In this document: in pieces, positions 7,705 through 16,133 of the stretch | How the letters are laid out: each line of letters begins with the position of its first letter | Numbering within the stretch: the first letter of the stretch is position 1 | NCBI GenBank assembly: GCA_964508365.1 | Contig: CAZDTP010000062.1 | Span: 621 to 20,494 of the forward strand | Direction of reading: 5' to 3' | DNA: 19,874 nucleotides | DNA from: an uncultured archaeon | Lineage (GTDB): Archaea; Asgardarchaeota; Lokiarchaeia; Sigyniarchaeales; SOKP01 | Notes under the pieces: generated by a model | Databases searched by the model: none | Told to the model about the DNA's origin: nothing | Seen by the model: the letters and a program-made list of their open reading frames with translations, nothing else | Program-made: the position numbers and the translations under genes

Positions 7705-8224
7705 AAAACAATCAAATATTGATTTTAGGTTTATGGCATTTTTCTTTAACATTCGTGATAAATTCCACCCCCCTATAGAAAAAATTAGAAAAGCTAATGT
7801 TAAACAAGGAGAAATAGTTTTAGATTATGGGTGTGGATCAGGAAGTTATACAATAGCTGCTCTTGAGAAGATAGGACCAAATGGGAAAGTTATTGCTGTA
7901 GATATTCATCCATTAGCATTGAAAAAGGTTAGAAAAAGAGGAGAAAAAAGGGGTTATACTAATATTGAAACAATTCAAACAGATTGTGCTACTGGATTAG
8001 ATGATGGAGTTATTGACAAGATAATTTGTTTTGATGTATTTCATGCCATCCCTAATAAAAATGATATATTAAAAGAATTTCATAGAGTTTTAAAACCAAA
8101 CTCAATACTTTCCTTTGATGATCATCATATGAATGAACATGAGATTATAGATTTCATTACTTCTAAAGGACTATTCAAATTGGCTGAAAAGAAGGATGAA
8201 CAATATAATTTTATTAAAATCTAG
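7691..8224 (+). CDS. Class I SAM-dependent methyltransferase (UbiE/Methyltransf_11-like)
   Basis: VLDYGCGSG motif I, VIAVDIH motif II, DVFH, EFHRVLKP. The start is probably ATG 7691, overlapping the AbrB stop by 14 nt, rather than 7643. Confidence 0.88.
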   Translation: MKKNKKQSNIDFRFMAFFFNIRDKFHPPIEKIRKANVKQGEIVLDYGCGSGSYTIAALEKIGPNGKVIAVDIHPLALKKVRKRGEKRGYTNIETIQTDCATGLDDGVIDKIICFDVFHAIPNKNDILKEFHRVLKPNSILSFDDHHMNEHEIIDFITSKGLFKLAEKKDEQYNFIKI

Positions 8225-8442
8225 ATGCAAATTATATGAGAACATCATAGGGTTCGGGATTTTTACTGCGAGAAAATAATTTTTTTTTTAATCCTATTTT
8301 TTTATTGTTAAAAATTAAAACAATCTTTTTTTGACAGTTTAAAAAACAATTTTCTTATACATATTAGAATTCCTAATTTTTAAAATTAATAAATGATTTC
8401 ATAAATTCAAATTTGAAATTAATATTAAAAGAGATTTAGCGA

Positions 8443-9090
8443 ATGTTACTATTACATAGACCAGAAGCCACTGAAATGGCTTTAGCGCTTCTTAGGAGTG
8501 GAGAGGTGTTTAATCTTTATGTCATCTTCATGCTTGTTGTAGTGCTCTATATATATTTCTCTGAGTTTCAAAAGAAGAATTTTAAAGCGATTGTAGCTGG
8601 ATTAACATTATACGGGATTCATTGGTTTGTAGAAATTATTAATTCTATAATTCAGTTTCTTTCTGGTCATGCGTTATGGACTGTCCCTAAAGGTACGGCG
8701 TATTTGATACTAGTAGGAGTAGGAATTGAATTAAGTTTAATGTTTGCAATAGTTGGCATTGTTCAGAGTAAATTACTACCTGATGATCCAAAAGAAAAAA
8801 TGTTTTCTATTGGAAGATTTGATATTCCTCAACCACTCGCAATAGGTATCGGTAATGCTTTTTTAGCTTCTGTTATTGAAATCTTTTTAATTTTCACTGA
8901 CTCATTTGTGTGGGTATGGGAGTGGTGGAACGCCATTACGGTATTCATATTCGTCTATATTCCATTCTTTGTCGTGTCCGCTTATTCGTATTACTGGGAA
9001 CCTAAAAGACAGCGAAATGTAATCCTTATAATGATCCTGATAGATGTTTCAATGATAGTCATTTTTGGATATATTTTGGGTTGGATTTAA
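8443..9090 (+). CDS. Multi-pass membrane protein of unknown function (~6-7 TM)
   Basis: 215 aa with repeated hydrophobic segments; polar and aromatic motifs HWFVEIIN, GIELSLMFA, WVWEWWN; 11-T tract at 9095-9105 downstream. Confidence 0.75.
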   Translation: MLLLHRPEATEMALALLRSGEVFNLYVIFMLVVVLYIYFSEFQKKNFKAIVAGLTLYGIHWFVEIINSIIQFLSGHALWTVPKGTAYLILVGVGIELSLMFAIVGIVQSKLLPDDPKEKMFSIGRFDIPQPLAIGIGNAFLASVIEIFLIFTDSFVWVWEWWNAITVFIFVYIPFFVVSAYSYYWEPKRQRNVILIMILIDVSMIVIFGYILGWI

Positions 9091-9094
9091 GCAA

Positions 9095-9105
9095 TTTTTT
9101 TTTTT
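9095..9105 (+). terminator. Oligo-T archaeal-type terminator
   Basis: 11 consecutive T starting 5 nt after the TAA of 8443..9090. Confidence 0.5.
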
Positions 9106-9249
9106 AATATTTTATCACTACTTACTAGAAAAATACTCTCTTTGTTCACTGTTTCACTAACTAATTGTATATCTAAATTGATTTTTTATAATGAATATTT
9201 TTAAATTTTAATATAACGAATTTATTCATGATTTTGGAGTTGATTTAAT

Positions 9250-10074
9250 ATGGATTTAAAATTTAATTCTGTAGTAAAATTAAATAACGGTGTAGAAATG
9301 CCTATTTTAGGACTCGGTACTTGGAAGCTTAGTGGCCCAAGTGCATCTAAAGCAGTGTTATGGGCGCTTGAATTAGGATATAGACTCATTGATACTGCCT
9401 CTTTTTATGGAAATGAAGAAAAAATAGGAGAAGCGCTCAAAATATCCACAATACCAAGAGAAGAGATTTTTATCACAACAAAAGTGTGGAATAGCGAACA
9501 AGGATACAAGAAAACTTTAAGTGCCATCGAACAAAGCCTTAATAAACTACACACCGATTATGTGGATCTTTACCTAATCCATTGGCCTGTAAGTAATTTG
9601 AGAAATGATACATGGAAAGCTTTAGAAAAACTTTACAAAGAAGGAAAGGCACGTTCTATAGGCGTAAGTAACTTTACGATGCGCCACTTAGAGGGACTTT
9701 TAGGAACAACCGACATAGTTCCCGCAGTAAATCAGTTTGAACTATCACCTTTTCTGTACCAGAAGGATTTAATCGATTATTGTCAAAACAAAAGTATAGT
9801 GGTCGAAGCTTATAGCTCTCTCATAAAAGGAAGAAAATTTAGTAATTCTGTACTACAAGAAATAGGTCAGAAATACAACAAAAGTCCTTCACAAGTATTA
9901 TTACGGTGGGGTTTGCAGCATAATATCATCCAAATACCCAAATCTGGGAAAAAAGAACACTTAGCGGAGAATGCTGATGTCTTCAATTTTACTTTGAGCG
10001 GAGAAGACATGAAACAATTGGATAATCTTAACGAAGATTTCAGACTGACTGATGATCCTCATTTGCTAAAGTAG
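9250..10074 (+). CDS. Aldo/keto reductase (DkgA/AKR5-like)
   Basis: GLGTW, catalytic tetrad D(TASF)Y, ITTKVW, LIHWP; SIGVSNF, NQFE and IPKS NADPH-binding motifs. Confidence 0.93.
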   Translation: MDLKFNSVVKLNNGVEMPILGLGTWKLSGPSASKAVLWALELGYRLIDTASFYGNEEKIGEALKISTIPREEIFITTKVWNSEQGYKKTLSAIEQSLNKLHTDYVDLYLIHWPVSNLRNDTWKALEKLYKEGKARSIGVSNFTMRHLEGLLGTTDIVPAVNQFELSPFLYQKDLIDYCQNKSIVVEAYSSLIKGRKFSNSVLQEIGQKYNKSPSQVLLRWGLQHNIIQIPKSGKKEHLAENADVFNFTLSGEDMKQLDNLNEDFRLTDDPHLLK

Positions 10075-10115
10075 ATCAGTAATTAAATTGCCAATTTCTT
10101 AGTGGAATTAGATTT

Positions 10116-10979
10116 TTAATGAGAACTTAGACTTTGAGCTAAAATAAGAGCTCCTCTGATTTCAGAGATATCTCCTACCCGGGAGGTATCAACAATTGCA
10201 CGATCAATATCCATATAAATCGCACCATATGCTTTACCTCCTCCTAAATGAACCAAAGTTCGGTATATCAAGTTTCCTGAAATCCCATTAGGAGCAATGA
10301 TTATATTAGTTTTTTCAGCGATCGCATTTTCAATTAAAATCTCTGAATGTTCAATCATTAGTGATGAATATTTATCTCTAAAATGGTCTACAACTTTTTG
10401 AGCTTCTTCAATACTATTATCTACCATCGGATTTCTTCCTATATCTCCAATTCTTCCACCACTTAATATACTTACTTTTGGTTCTAAATTCAATGTTTTT
10501 ATTTCCTTGATTGCTTTATTAACGAATAATATTTTGCTATCTAAGTCAATACATTCGTCTATACCCACGGGTCCGAAAAAAAACTGATACCCCGTATAAG
10601 TTTCTAACAGCGCTAGCCTATTAATTTCATGTATGTTTAGAATGGACAGAAGTCCTAGTAAGAATTTATTTGAGCTTAAATTTCCTCTCACAACGCTTGA
10701 AATTTCATTTCTTTTGAGGTAATTGAGAATTTCAGATGTGGGTTCATCTGATTCAACTAAAATAATATTTTTTTTATTTTTACTAAAGAGTTTATTATTA
10801 GCAATTTGATCTATTGATTTTCTACTCCCGAAGAAAAAAAAAGAATTACATTTTGGGTCTAAAATTGATATAGTGGCTTTTAATATTTTAAGATTATGAA
10901 CCTCTGAATCACCTAATCCAATACCTATTTTGCCTTCGATACCTTTGGCTTTTTGATAAATTTTTTCTAATATACTCAT
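10116..10979 (-). CDS. mtxX: MtxX/Mmp4 (methanogenesis marker 4)-like protein, phosphotransacetylase-like fold
   Basis: VVRGNLSS, FFFGPVGIDE, VSILSGGRIGDIGR, IIIAPNGISGNLIYRTL and IVDTSR motifs recognised from the MtxX family. Confidence 0.75.
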   Translation of the reverse strand: MSILEKIYQKAKGIEGKIGIGLGDSEVHNLKILKATISILDPKCNSFFFFGSRKSIDQIANNKLFSKNKKNIILVESDEPTSEILNYLKRNEISSVVRGNLSSNKFLLGLLSILNIHEINRLALLETYTGYQFFFGPVGIDECIDLDSKILFVNKAIKEIKTLNLEPKVSILSGGRIGDIGRNPMVDNSIEEAQKVVDHFRDKYSSLMIEHSEILIENAIAEKTNIIIAPNGISGNLIYRTLVHLGGGKAYGAIYMDIDRAIVDTSRVGDISEIRGALILAQSLSSH

Positions 10980-10997
10980 CGAATTTCTTGGATTTTG

Positions 10998-12101
10998 TTA
11001 AATAATATTGAATACTAAAAACGCAATTATAATCGTTAACGCATTGTAAACACCGTGGGTTATCATAACTGCAATTAAATTTTCTTTCCTCCAATAGTAA
11101 ATTAGCCCTAATAATAAGGAAATCGCAAAAAAGGGAAAAAAGTTTAAAAGTAAACTCACTATAAAAGATGTTAATGATTCGGGAAGGAGGAAAATTCCAA
11201 TAAGGTGAATAGACGAAAAAATTAGAGCTGTAATTAGAATACCCCCGATATTCCCAAGACTTCGTACTAAACCCTTTTGTAAAAATCCTCTGAAAAGCAC
11301 CTCCTCGGATGTTCCTATTATTAATATCATTATAAGGACTAACCAGATGATACTGAATATATCAGAAGATGTTATGAAAACATCTACTTCACCAGAAGTC
11401 CCAAGAATATCATATACTATTTCGTATCCAAAAATAATGGTTAATATAACCTCCATTAGAAAAGATACACTTAACACTAAAAATACTCCAAGAATCGCAA
11501 AAACTGTACCTATAAAAATTTCTTTCAATATTCCTTTGATATTAAAACCTTTAATGGTAAATCCTAAAAGGATCAATCGATTATTCAAGTTTGGCTTTTT
11601 TAGGTACTTGCCAATATATAACATTGGAACAATAAATAAAATCAATTCGATAAAGGAACTAAAAATAATTAAATAAGGATTGGTTAAGATATCATCTATA
11701 GCAGCTAAGCTAAATGAAAAAAATACAAATACGATAGCTACTAGAATTGTTACGAAGTTCATTAAGAGAAAAGCCACTGCGGTCATACCAATAGACGCGG
11801 AGCTACTCCATAACTTTTCTTCTTTTAGATTCAAGAGATCGTCCTGTGAGAGTTTCTTTCTTAAAGGCTTAGGAGGTCTGAAACTGTAAGGCTGGTAAGT
11901 ATTTGGAGCGGGTGTAACTAAGGGTATTGTGTCTTTACGAGGAGGCATCCTCATATGTGTGTTGATGTAGAATAAATCCACGCCACATTTGGTGCAAAAT
12001 TTAATATTCTTCACTTCCGGGATTTTAGTTCCACATATAGGACAAAACAACCATCTTAGCTTAATTTCGTTCGAATTGTCTATTTTATCATTCTCATTCA
12101 T
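10998..12101 (-). CDS. CPBP (CAAX/Abi) intramembrane glutamic protease with N-terminal Zn ribbon
   Basis: CPICG-x10-FCTKCG, Pro-rich linker, many TM segments, SEEVLFRG, FSSIH and HGVYN CPBP motifs. Confidence 0.88.
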   Translation of the reverse strand: MNENDKIDNSNEIKLRWLFCPICGTKIPEVKNIKFCTKCGVDLFYINTHMRMPPRKDTIPLVTPAPNTYQPYSFRPPKPLRKKLSQDDLLNLKEEKLWSSSASIGMTAVAFLLMNFVTILVAIVFVFFSFSLAAIDDILTNPYLIIFSSFIELILFIVPMLYIGKYLKKPNLNNRLILLGFTIKGFNIKGILKEIFIGTVFAILGVFLVLSVSFLMEVILTIIFGYEIVYDILGTSGEVDVFITSSDIFSIIWLVLIMILIIGTSEEVLFRGFLQKGLVRSLGNIGGILITALIFSSIHLIGIFLLPESLTSFIVSLLLNFFPFFAISLLLGLIYYWRKENLIAVMITHGVYNALTIIIAFLVFNII

Positions 12102-12196
12102 TATTACATCAAACTAAGATTTCATGATATATTTGTTTTAGTTTTATTATTATTTCTGGTTTAAAAGTATAACGCGTATTTAATAGTTATGTCATT

Positions 12197-13975
12197 TTAA
12201 TGTGTAAAGTAGCAAATTAGTGTTTCATTTTCCCAAGCAATAGGGTTTACAAACCCAAATCTTTCAAATTGGATGGGTTTATTTAGGGGTACATTTTGAA
12301 GATTTTTTTCTCCATATCCCTTAGATACTATTCCATCGGGTTTTATGATTGAAACTTTTACATTATCTTTTTTAGGTACCCAATGTATTATACTATAATC
12401 CCGATTTAGATCAGAACTGTGGAAAAGAGCTTGAATTTTGCTATCCTTTAAATTTATGGATGTTATTTGTATATTTAAAAGATCCTTTAAGCGTACTATT
12501 TGACCGGCCTTAAGATTAACGAAATCTTTTCTAGATATTAGAATTAACAACTTATTATTTGTAGCGTCAACTCTAATTTTTCGTTTTCCTTTCTGAGGAT
12601 CAGTAGGGAGTAGCATAGGTTCAGCTATAAAGATAGTATTCGGAGCATCGCTAATTTCAATAGTCCCTGGATTTTCTACAAAGAAATATCGATTTGAATG
12701 TGCATCAATAATATCCTTATTCTTGGAATATAACCAGTTCACCGAAAAATTAATAGCATTTATTGACAATCCTAAATCCAGTAGAGATTCTTTTAAAGCT
12801 TTTGGCTCAATTCCTCTCATTTTTAACGATTGAAGGCTCCACGTACGAGGATCATCCCACCCAGTATAGGTGCCATTAGCAATATTGTTTCGGGCCATAG
12901 TTTTACTTAATAGATTTTCTTCATTTTTACTCAAACCCGAAAAGTTCAAGCGTCCGTAATGGATAAACTCTGCCTTTTTCCATTTGAAATGGTCCCATAT
13001 AAAATCCTCTATTAAATCCTCTTTAACTAAATCAGATCCTCTAAGTATGTGAGTTACACCAATGAGATGATCATCAATTGCCCAAGAAAATTCCAACATC
13101 GGCCAAACCAAATATTTAGTACCTACACGTGGGTGTTCTGCTTCGGATATTCTCATTATAATCTGATCCCTTAGGGCAGGATCCTTTTGTTTCATCCCAG
13201 TTTTCAACCTTACAACAACTTCCGTTTCATGATATTTCCCTTTTAACATATTCTTCCACTCTTTTAAGTTAAAAGTTGAGGTTTGATTTCTGTGTGGACA
13301 ATCTTGTTTACGATCTTTGTACTTATTTTTAAATTCAGCTGCGTTGCAAAAACACACATATGCCATATTATCCTGAATAAGTTTTTCGCAGTATTCGTAA
13401 TAAATTTCAAGTCGATTACTTTTATAATAGACTTTTGAATACATAATTTCTAACCACTTTAATCCATCCTCTATTAAATCATAAGCTTCAGGGAGCACAT
13501 ATTTAGCTTTAGAGGTATTTCTTAATGATTTTGGACTTCCGATCGTATCATCAAAGAAAAGTATTAAGTCTCCGTTGTATTTTTTGGTATATTCGCTGTT
13601 CAGGATCACCATTCTTGCGTTTCCAATGTGTAAAGCCCCACTTGGGTATGGTGCTAAACGCATCACGATTTTATCGTAATTCTGAGCATTAGGTAATTCT
13701 GGTAGTGTTTTCTTTTCTTCTTTTGATGCTTGTTTCTCTAAAGCATCAGGCTTTAACTCAAGTAATTTTACTTCTTGTTCTTGAAGAGTTAATTGAGATA
13801 TTTCTAAGATTATCTCATCTAGAATCGGTTTTATGCCTTTTATTTGAGATCTGAGCTCCGGGTTTTGTCCAATCAGTTTTCCTAACACAGCTTTTACATT
13901 TGGTTTACCTCCAAATTTCACTGAATTTTCAAGGCAAAAAATCCATAACAATCGCGTTATTTCCGAATTTTCCAA
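12197..13975 (-). CDS. gltX: Glutamate--tRNA ligase, archaeal type
   Basis: N-terminal archaeal extension; RLAPYPSGALHIGNAR (HIGH motif), DPALRD, AIDDHLIGVTHILRGSD, GWDDPRTWSL, QFERFGFV; TTG start with GAGAGG upstream. Confidence 0.96.
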   Translation of the reverse strand: MENSEITRLLWIFCLENSVKFGGKPNVKAVLGKLIGQNPELRSQIKGIKPILDEIILEISQLTLQEQEVKLLELKPDALEKQASKEEKKTLPELPNAQNYDKIVMRLAPYPSGALHIGNARMVILNSEYTKKYNGDLILFFDDTIGSPKSLRNTSKAKYVLPEAYDLIEDGLKWLEIMYSKVYYKSNRLEIYYEYCEKLIQDNMAYVCFCNAAEFKNKYKDRKQDCPHRNQTSTFNLKEWKNMLKGKYHETEVVVRLKTGMKQKDPALRDQIIMRISEAEHPRVGTKYLVWPMLEFSWAIDDHLIGVTHILRGSDLVKEDLIEDFIWDHFKWKKAEFIHYGRLNFSGLSKNEENLLSKTMARNNIANGTYTGWDDPRTWSLQSLKMRGIEPKALKESLLDLGLSINAINFSVNWLYSKNKDIIDAHSNRYFFVENPGTIEISDAPNTIFIAEPMLLPTDPQKGKRKIRVDATNNKLLILISRKDFVNLKAGQIVRLKDLLNIQITSINLKDSKIQALFHSSDLNRDYSIIHWVPKKDNVKVSIIKPDGIVSKGYGEKNLQNVPLNKPIQFERFGFVNPIAWENETLICYFTH

Positions 13976-14126
13976 GGTTTAAACCTCTCTGAGGATTATT
14001 AATATGGATGTATAAAATTATATGCTATTTGAGTATTAATAATAAACCTTATCAAAAAAAATAAATCATTATTAAGGTGAATATTAGCACAAAAACATTG
14101 TAGCGTTTGTAATTAAAAAGAAATAT

Positions 14127-14423
14127 TTGGTGTTAAAGATCTATTATCGTGGTTACATACTCATTAGACTAAAGGTAATTGGAACTGAATGGGAAGTTGT
14201 AAAAAGATTAACAAATTTAAAATCGAATAATCCAGATGAAGATTGGGCAGTGACTTACACAACTCCTGTTTATGGCGGATGGGATTTAGTAGTAGAATGC
14301 AAATTTACTAAACTTCAAGAACTTGATAAAATCATAGCTTATATTCGCGTTGATGATGATTTGTCTAGCTGGATCGAGGAAACCACTACATTAGTTTCTA
14401 GTAAGCCTGATTATCCTAGGTAA
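14127..14423 (+). CDS. Stand-alone Lrp/AsnC ligand-binding (RAM) domain protein
   Basis: GYILIR...VYGGWDLVVECK...ELDKII..IR...IEETTTLV pattern; no HTH; TTG or GTG start. Confidence 0.8.
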   Translation: MVLKIYYRGYILIRLKVIGTEWEVVKRLTNLKSNNPDEDWAVTYTTPVYGGWDLVVECKFTKLQELDKIIAYIRVDDDLSSWIEETTTLVSSKPDYPR

Positions 14424-14527
14424 CTAAAATATTTAGATTAATTCTTTTTTTGCTATAATCGATGAATTATTTGAATTATAATCTTGGAGAATTCTAATAC
14501 ATCTCTCTAATACTTAATAGAGAAATA

Positions 14528-14555
14528 AAGTATTTTAACTTTGAAGTATTTTAAC
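14528..14555. repeat. 12-bp direct repeat AAGTATTTTAAC x2 upstream of tRNA-Arg
   Basis: Exact copies at 14528-14539 and 14544-14555. Confidence 0.6.
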
Positions 14556-14573
14556 AATTATTCACGAAAATTT

Positions 14574-14676
14574 AGCCCAGTAGTCGAGTGGATAAGACGC
14601 TTGCCTGCGAAGCAAGTGATCAGGGGTTCAATCTTCCTAAAACTTCTTAAAGAAGGAATAATTCCCCTCTGGGCTA
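14574..14676 (+). tRNA. tRNA-Arg(GCG) with 30-nt intron in the T-loop (14632-14661, position 58/59)
   Basis: Acceptor AGCCCAG/CTGGGCT plus A73; D arm GTCG...AGAC with A20; anticodon arm CTTGC-CT-GCG-AA-GCAAG (anticodon 14607-14609); T stem AGGGG/CCCCT, spliced loop TTCAATT; BHB motif present. Confidence 0.92.
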
Positions 14677-14684
14677 CTTCATCT

Positions 14685-15464
14685 CTAACATATGTATTGT
14701 AATACTTGATCTATTGATTTAATTGTTATTAGATCGGGTATATTAATTTTTTTTTCATAGGGGAACTCATATACTCTCTCTTTTAAGATAATTTGCATAC
14801 CCACTCTATTAGCGCCGACTATGTCAGCAGCCTCATCACCTACCATTATACAATGTTCTGCATCGTTTTTCGTCAATCCCATTCTCTTTAATGTATAAAA
14901 AAATATGTCTGAAATAGGCTTTCTTTTGCCATATTTAGCAGAAGTTACAATAACATCAAAAAATTCTTTCATTTCATTATTTTTAAGTATATTTTTTATA
15001 GTTTTATGATTAGGATGATTGGATATAAGCCCAATTTTTAAGTTTGATATTTTAGATAAAGTTTCTAAAGTAAATCTCGTTCTATCATCGGGTTTCCATT
15101 CTTCTTCTTCACAGGAATGATACAAATCCGCAAGTTTTTCTAAGAATTTTTCTTTTATTTTCTCTTCTTGAATTTCGTAGCCTTTTTCTTTCAACAACTC
15201 TAATGCCGTCTTAAACAATAAAGTGGTTGGGAATTCATCTTTTGTTTTCAATGCTAGTCTAAAATAGGTAGCTCTCTTTTTGTTGAAAATTGTCATGAAA
15301 TCTTCTAGAATTTGGTCTTTATCTTCTAATATTTTCTCTTGCTTGAGGAATTTAATAGATTTTGACATTCCTCTTCTGAAACAATCAAGATATTTCTCAA
15401 CTGAGGGGTTCTCAAAAGAAAAAAGTGTAAAACCAAAGTCAAATATGATTCCCCTTACTTTCAT
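14685..15464 (-). CDS. HAD-superfamily hydrolase (subfamily IA)
   Basis: Motif I IIFDFGFTL, motif II LISN, motif III KRKP, motif IV VGDEAADIVGA; helical cap domain. Confidence 0.88.
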   Translation of the reverse strand: MKVRGIIFDFGFTLFSFENPSVEKYLDCFRRGMSKSIKFLKQEKILEDKDQILEDFMTIFNKKRATYFRLALKTKDEFPTTLLFKTALELLKEKGYEIQEEKIKEKFLEKLADLYHSCEEEEWKPDDRTRFTLETLSKISNLKIGLISNHPNHKTIKNILKNNEMKEFFDVIVTSAKYGKRKPISDIFFYTLKRMGLTKNDAEHCIMVGDEAADIVGANRVGMQIILKERVYEFPYEKKINIPDLITIKSIDQVLQYIC

Positions 15465-15595
15465 TCTAGATATATAAATTACTTGAAGGATTATTAAACT
15501 ATCTCTCTAAGATTTTTAATGAGAAATTATGCCTAATATTAATAATTTAATAGATATATAGAAGATTGAACTAAATAATTATTTTCATTAAGATT

Positions 15596-16126
15596 ATGTC
15601 GATGGACAAGTGGCTGGATGGTAACGAAACCAAAGAAAACAAAAAAAAAAGAAATGAAATTTATAGTAACTTATCAAATGAAGAAAAAAATGATTTAAAG
15701 GAAAAAAAAATCCGCGATTTAGTAAAAAAAGACAAAACTACCACTAGTTTTGACGAAAGTAGAAAGGATTTTTTAAATAAAGTTTTAGAATTTAGAGATT
15801 GGTTAGATAATCGAGCATATATAAAAGGAGACATTGAAAGAATTCAAACCTGGGTAGAGAATCTATACTCCATGATTGATGCTAGCTTAAATTTCCATAA
15901 TAAAACTAAGCTTAATAATGGAGAAGAGACCTTGATTAATAGCTATAAATCTATACCAGTCAAATTTTTAGATGAAAAAACGCGGATTGCATTGAATAAA
16001 AAGTTGAGAGGAATAAAGAAAACTAACTCAGATAATTATTATTTGCGAAAAATAAATAATGTTGTTAAAGAAAAATTAAAAGATGCGGAATATTATGAAA
16101 TTTTAAGAGCCATATTAGAGAGTTGA
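15596..16126 (+). CDS. Hypothetical helical, Lys-rich protein
   Basis: 176 aa ORF ending 7 nt before the next gene; no family recognised. Confidence 0.7.
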   Translation: MSMDKWLDGNETKENKKKRNEIYSNLSNEEKNDLKEKKIRDLVKKDKTTTSFDESRKDFLNKVLEFRDWLDNRAYIKGDIERIQTWVENLYSMIDASLNFHNKTKLNNGEETLINSYKSIPVKFLDEKTRIALNKKLRGIKKTNSDNYYLRKINNVVKEKLKDAEYYEILRAILES

Positions 16127-16133
16127 ATTTAAT

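Noticed and set aside
6541-10074. Possible tRNA-Pro-anchored integrated island of accessory genes
   Set aside because: No integrase or transposase, and no duplicated tRNA 3' end found. GGGTTCG near 8250 lacks flanking T-arm or acceptor complementarity.
10909-11094. 61-aa - strand ORF with Cys residues bridging CPBP and mtxX
   Set aside because: Overlaps both well-supported genes in another frame; the Cys spacing is not a convincing metal motif.
11347-11889. Two + strand ORFs (109 and 69 aa)
   Set aside because: Antisense shadows of the hydrophobic CPBP coding region.
15280-15477. 65-aa + strand ORF
   Set aside because: Antisense to the HAD hydrolase.
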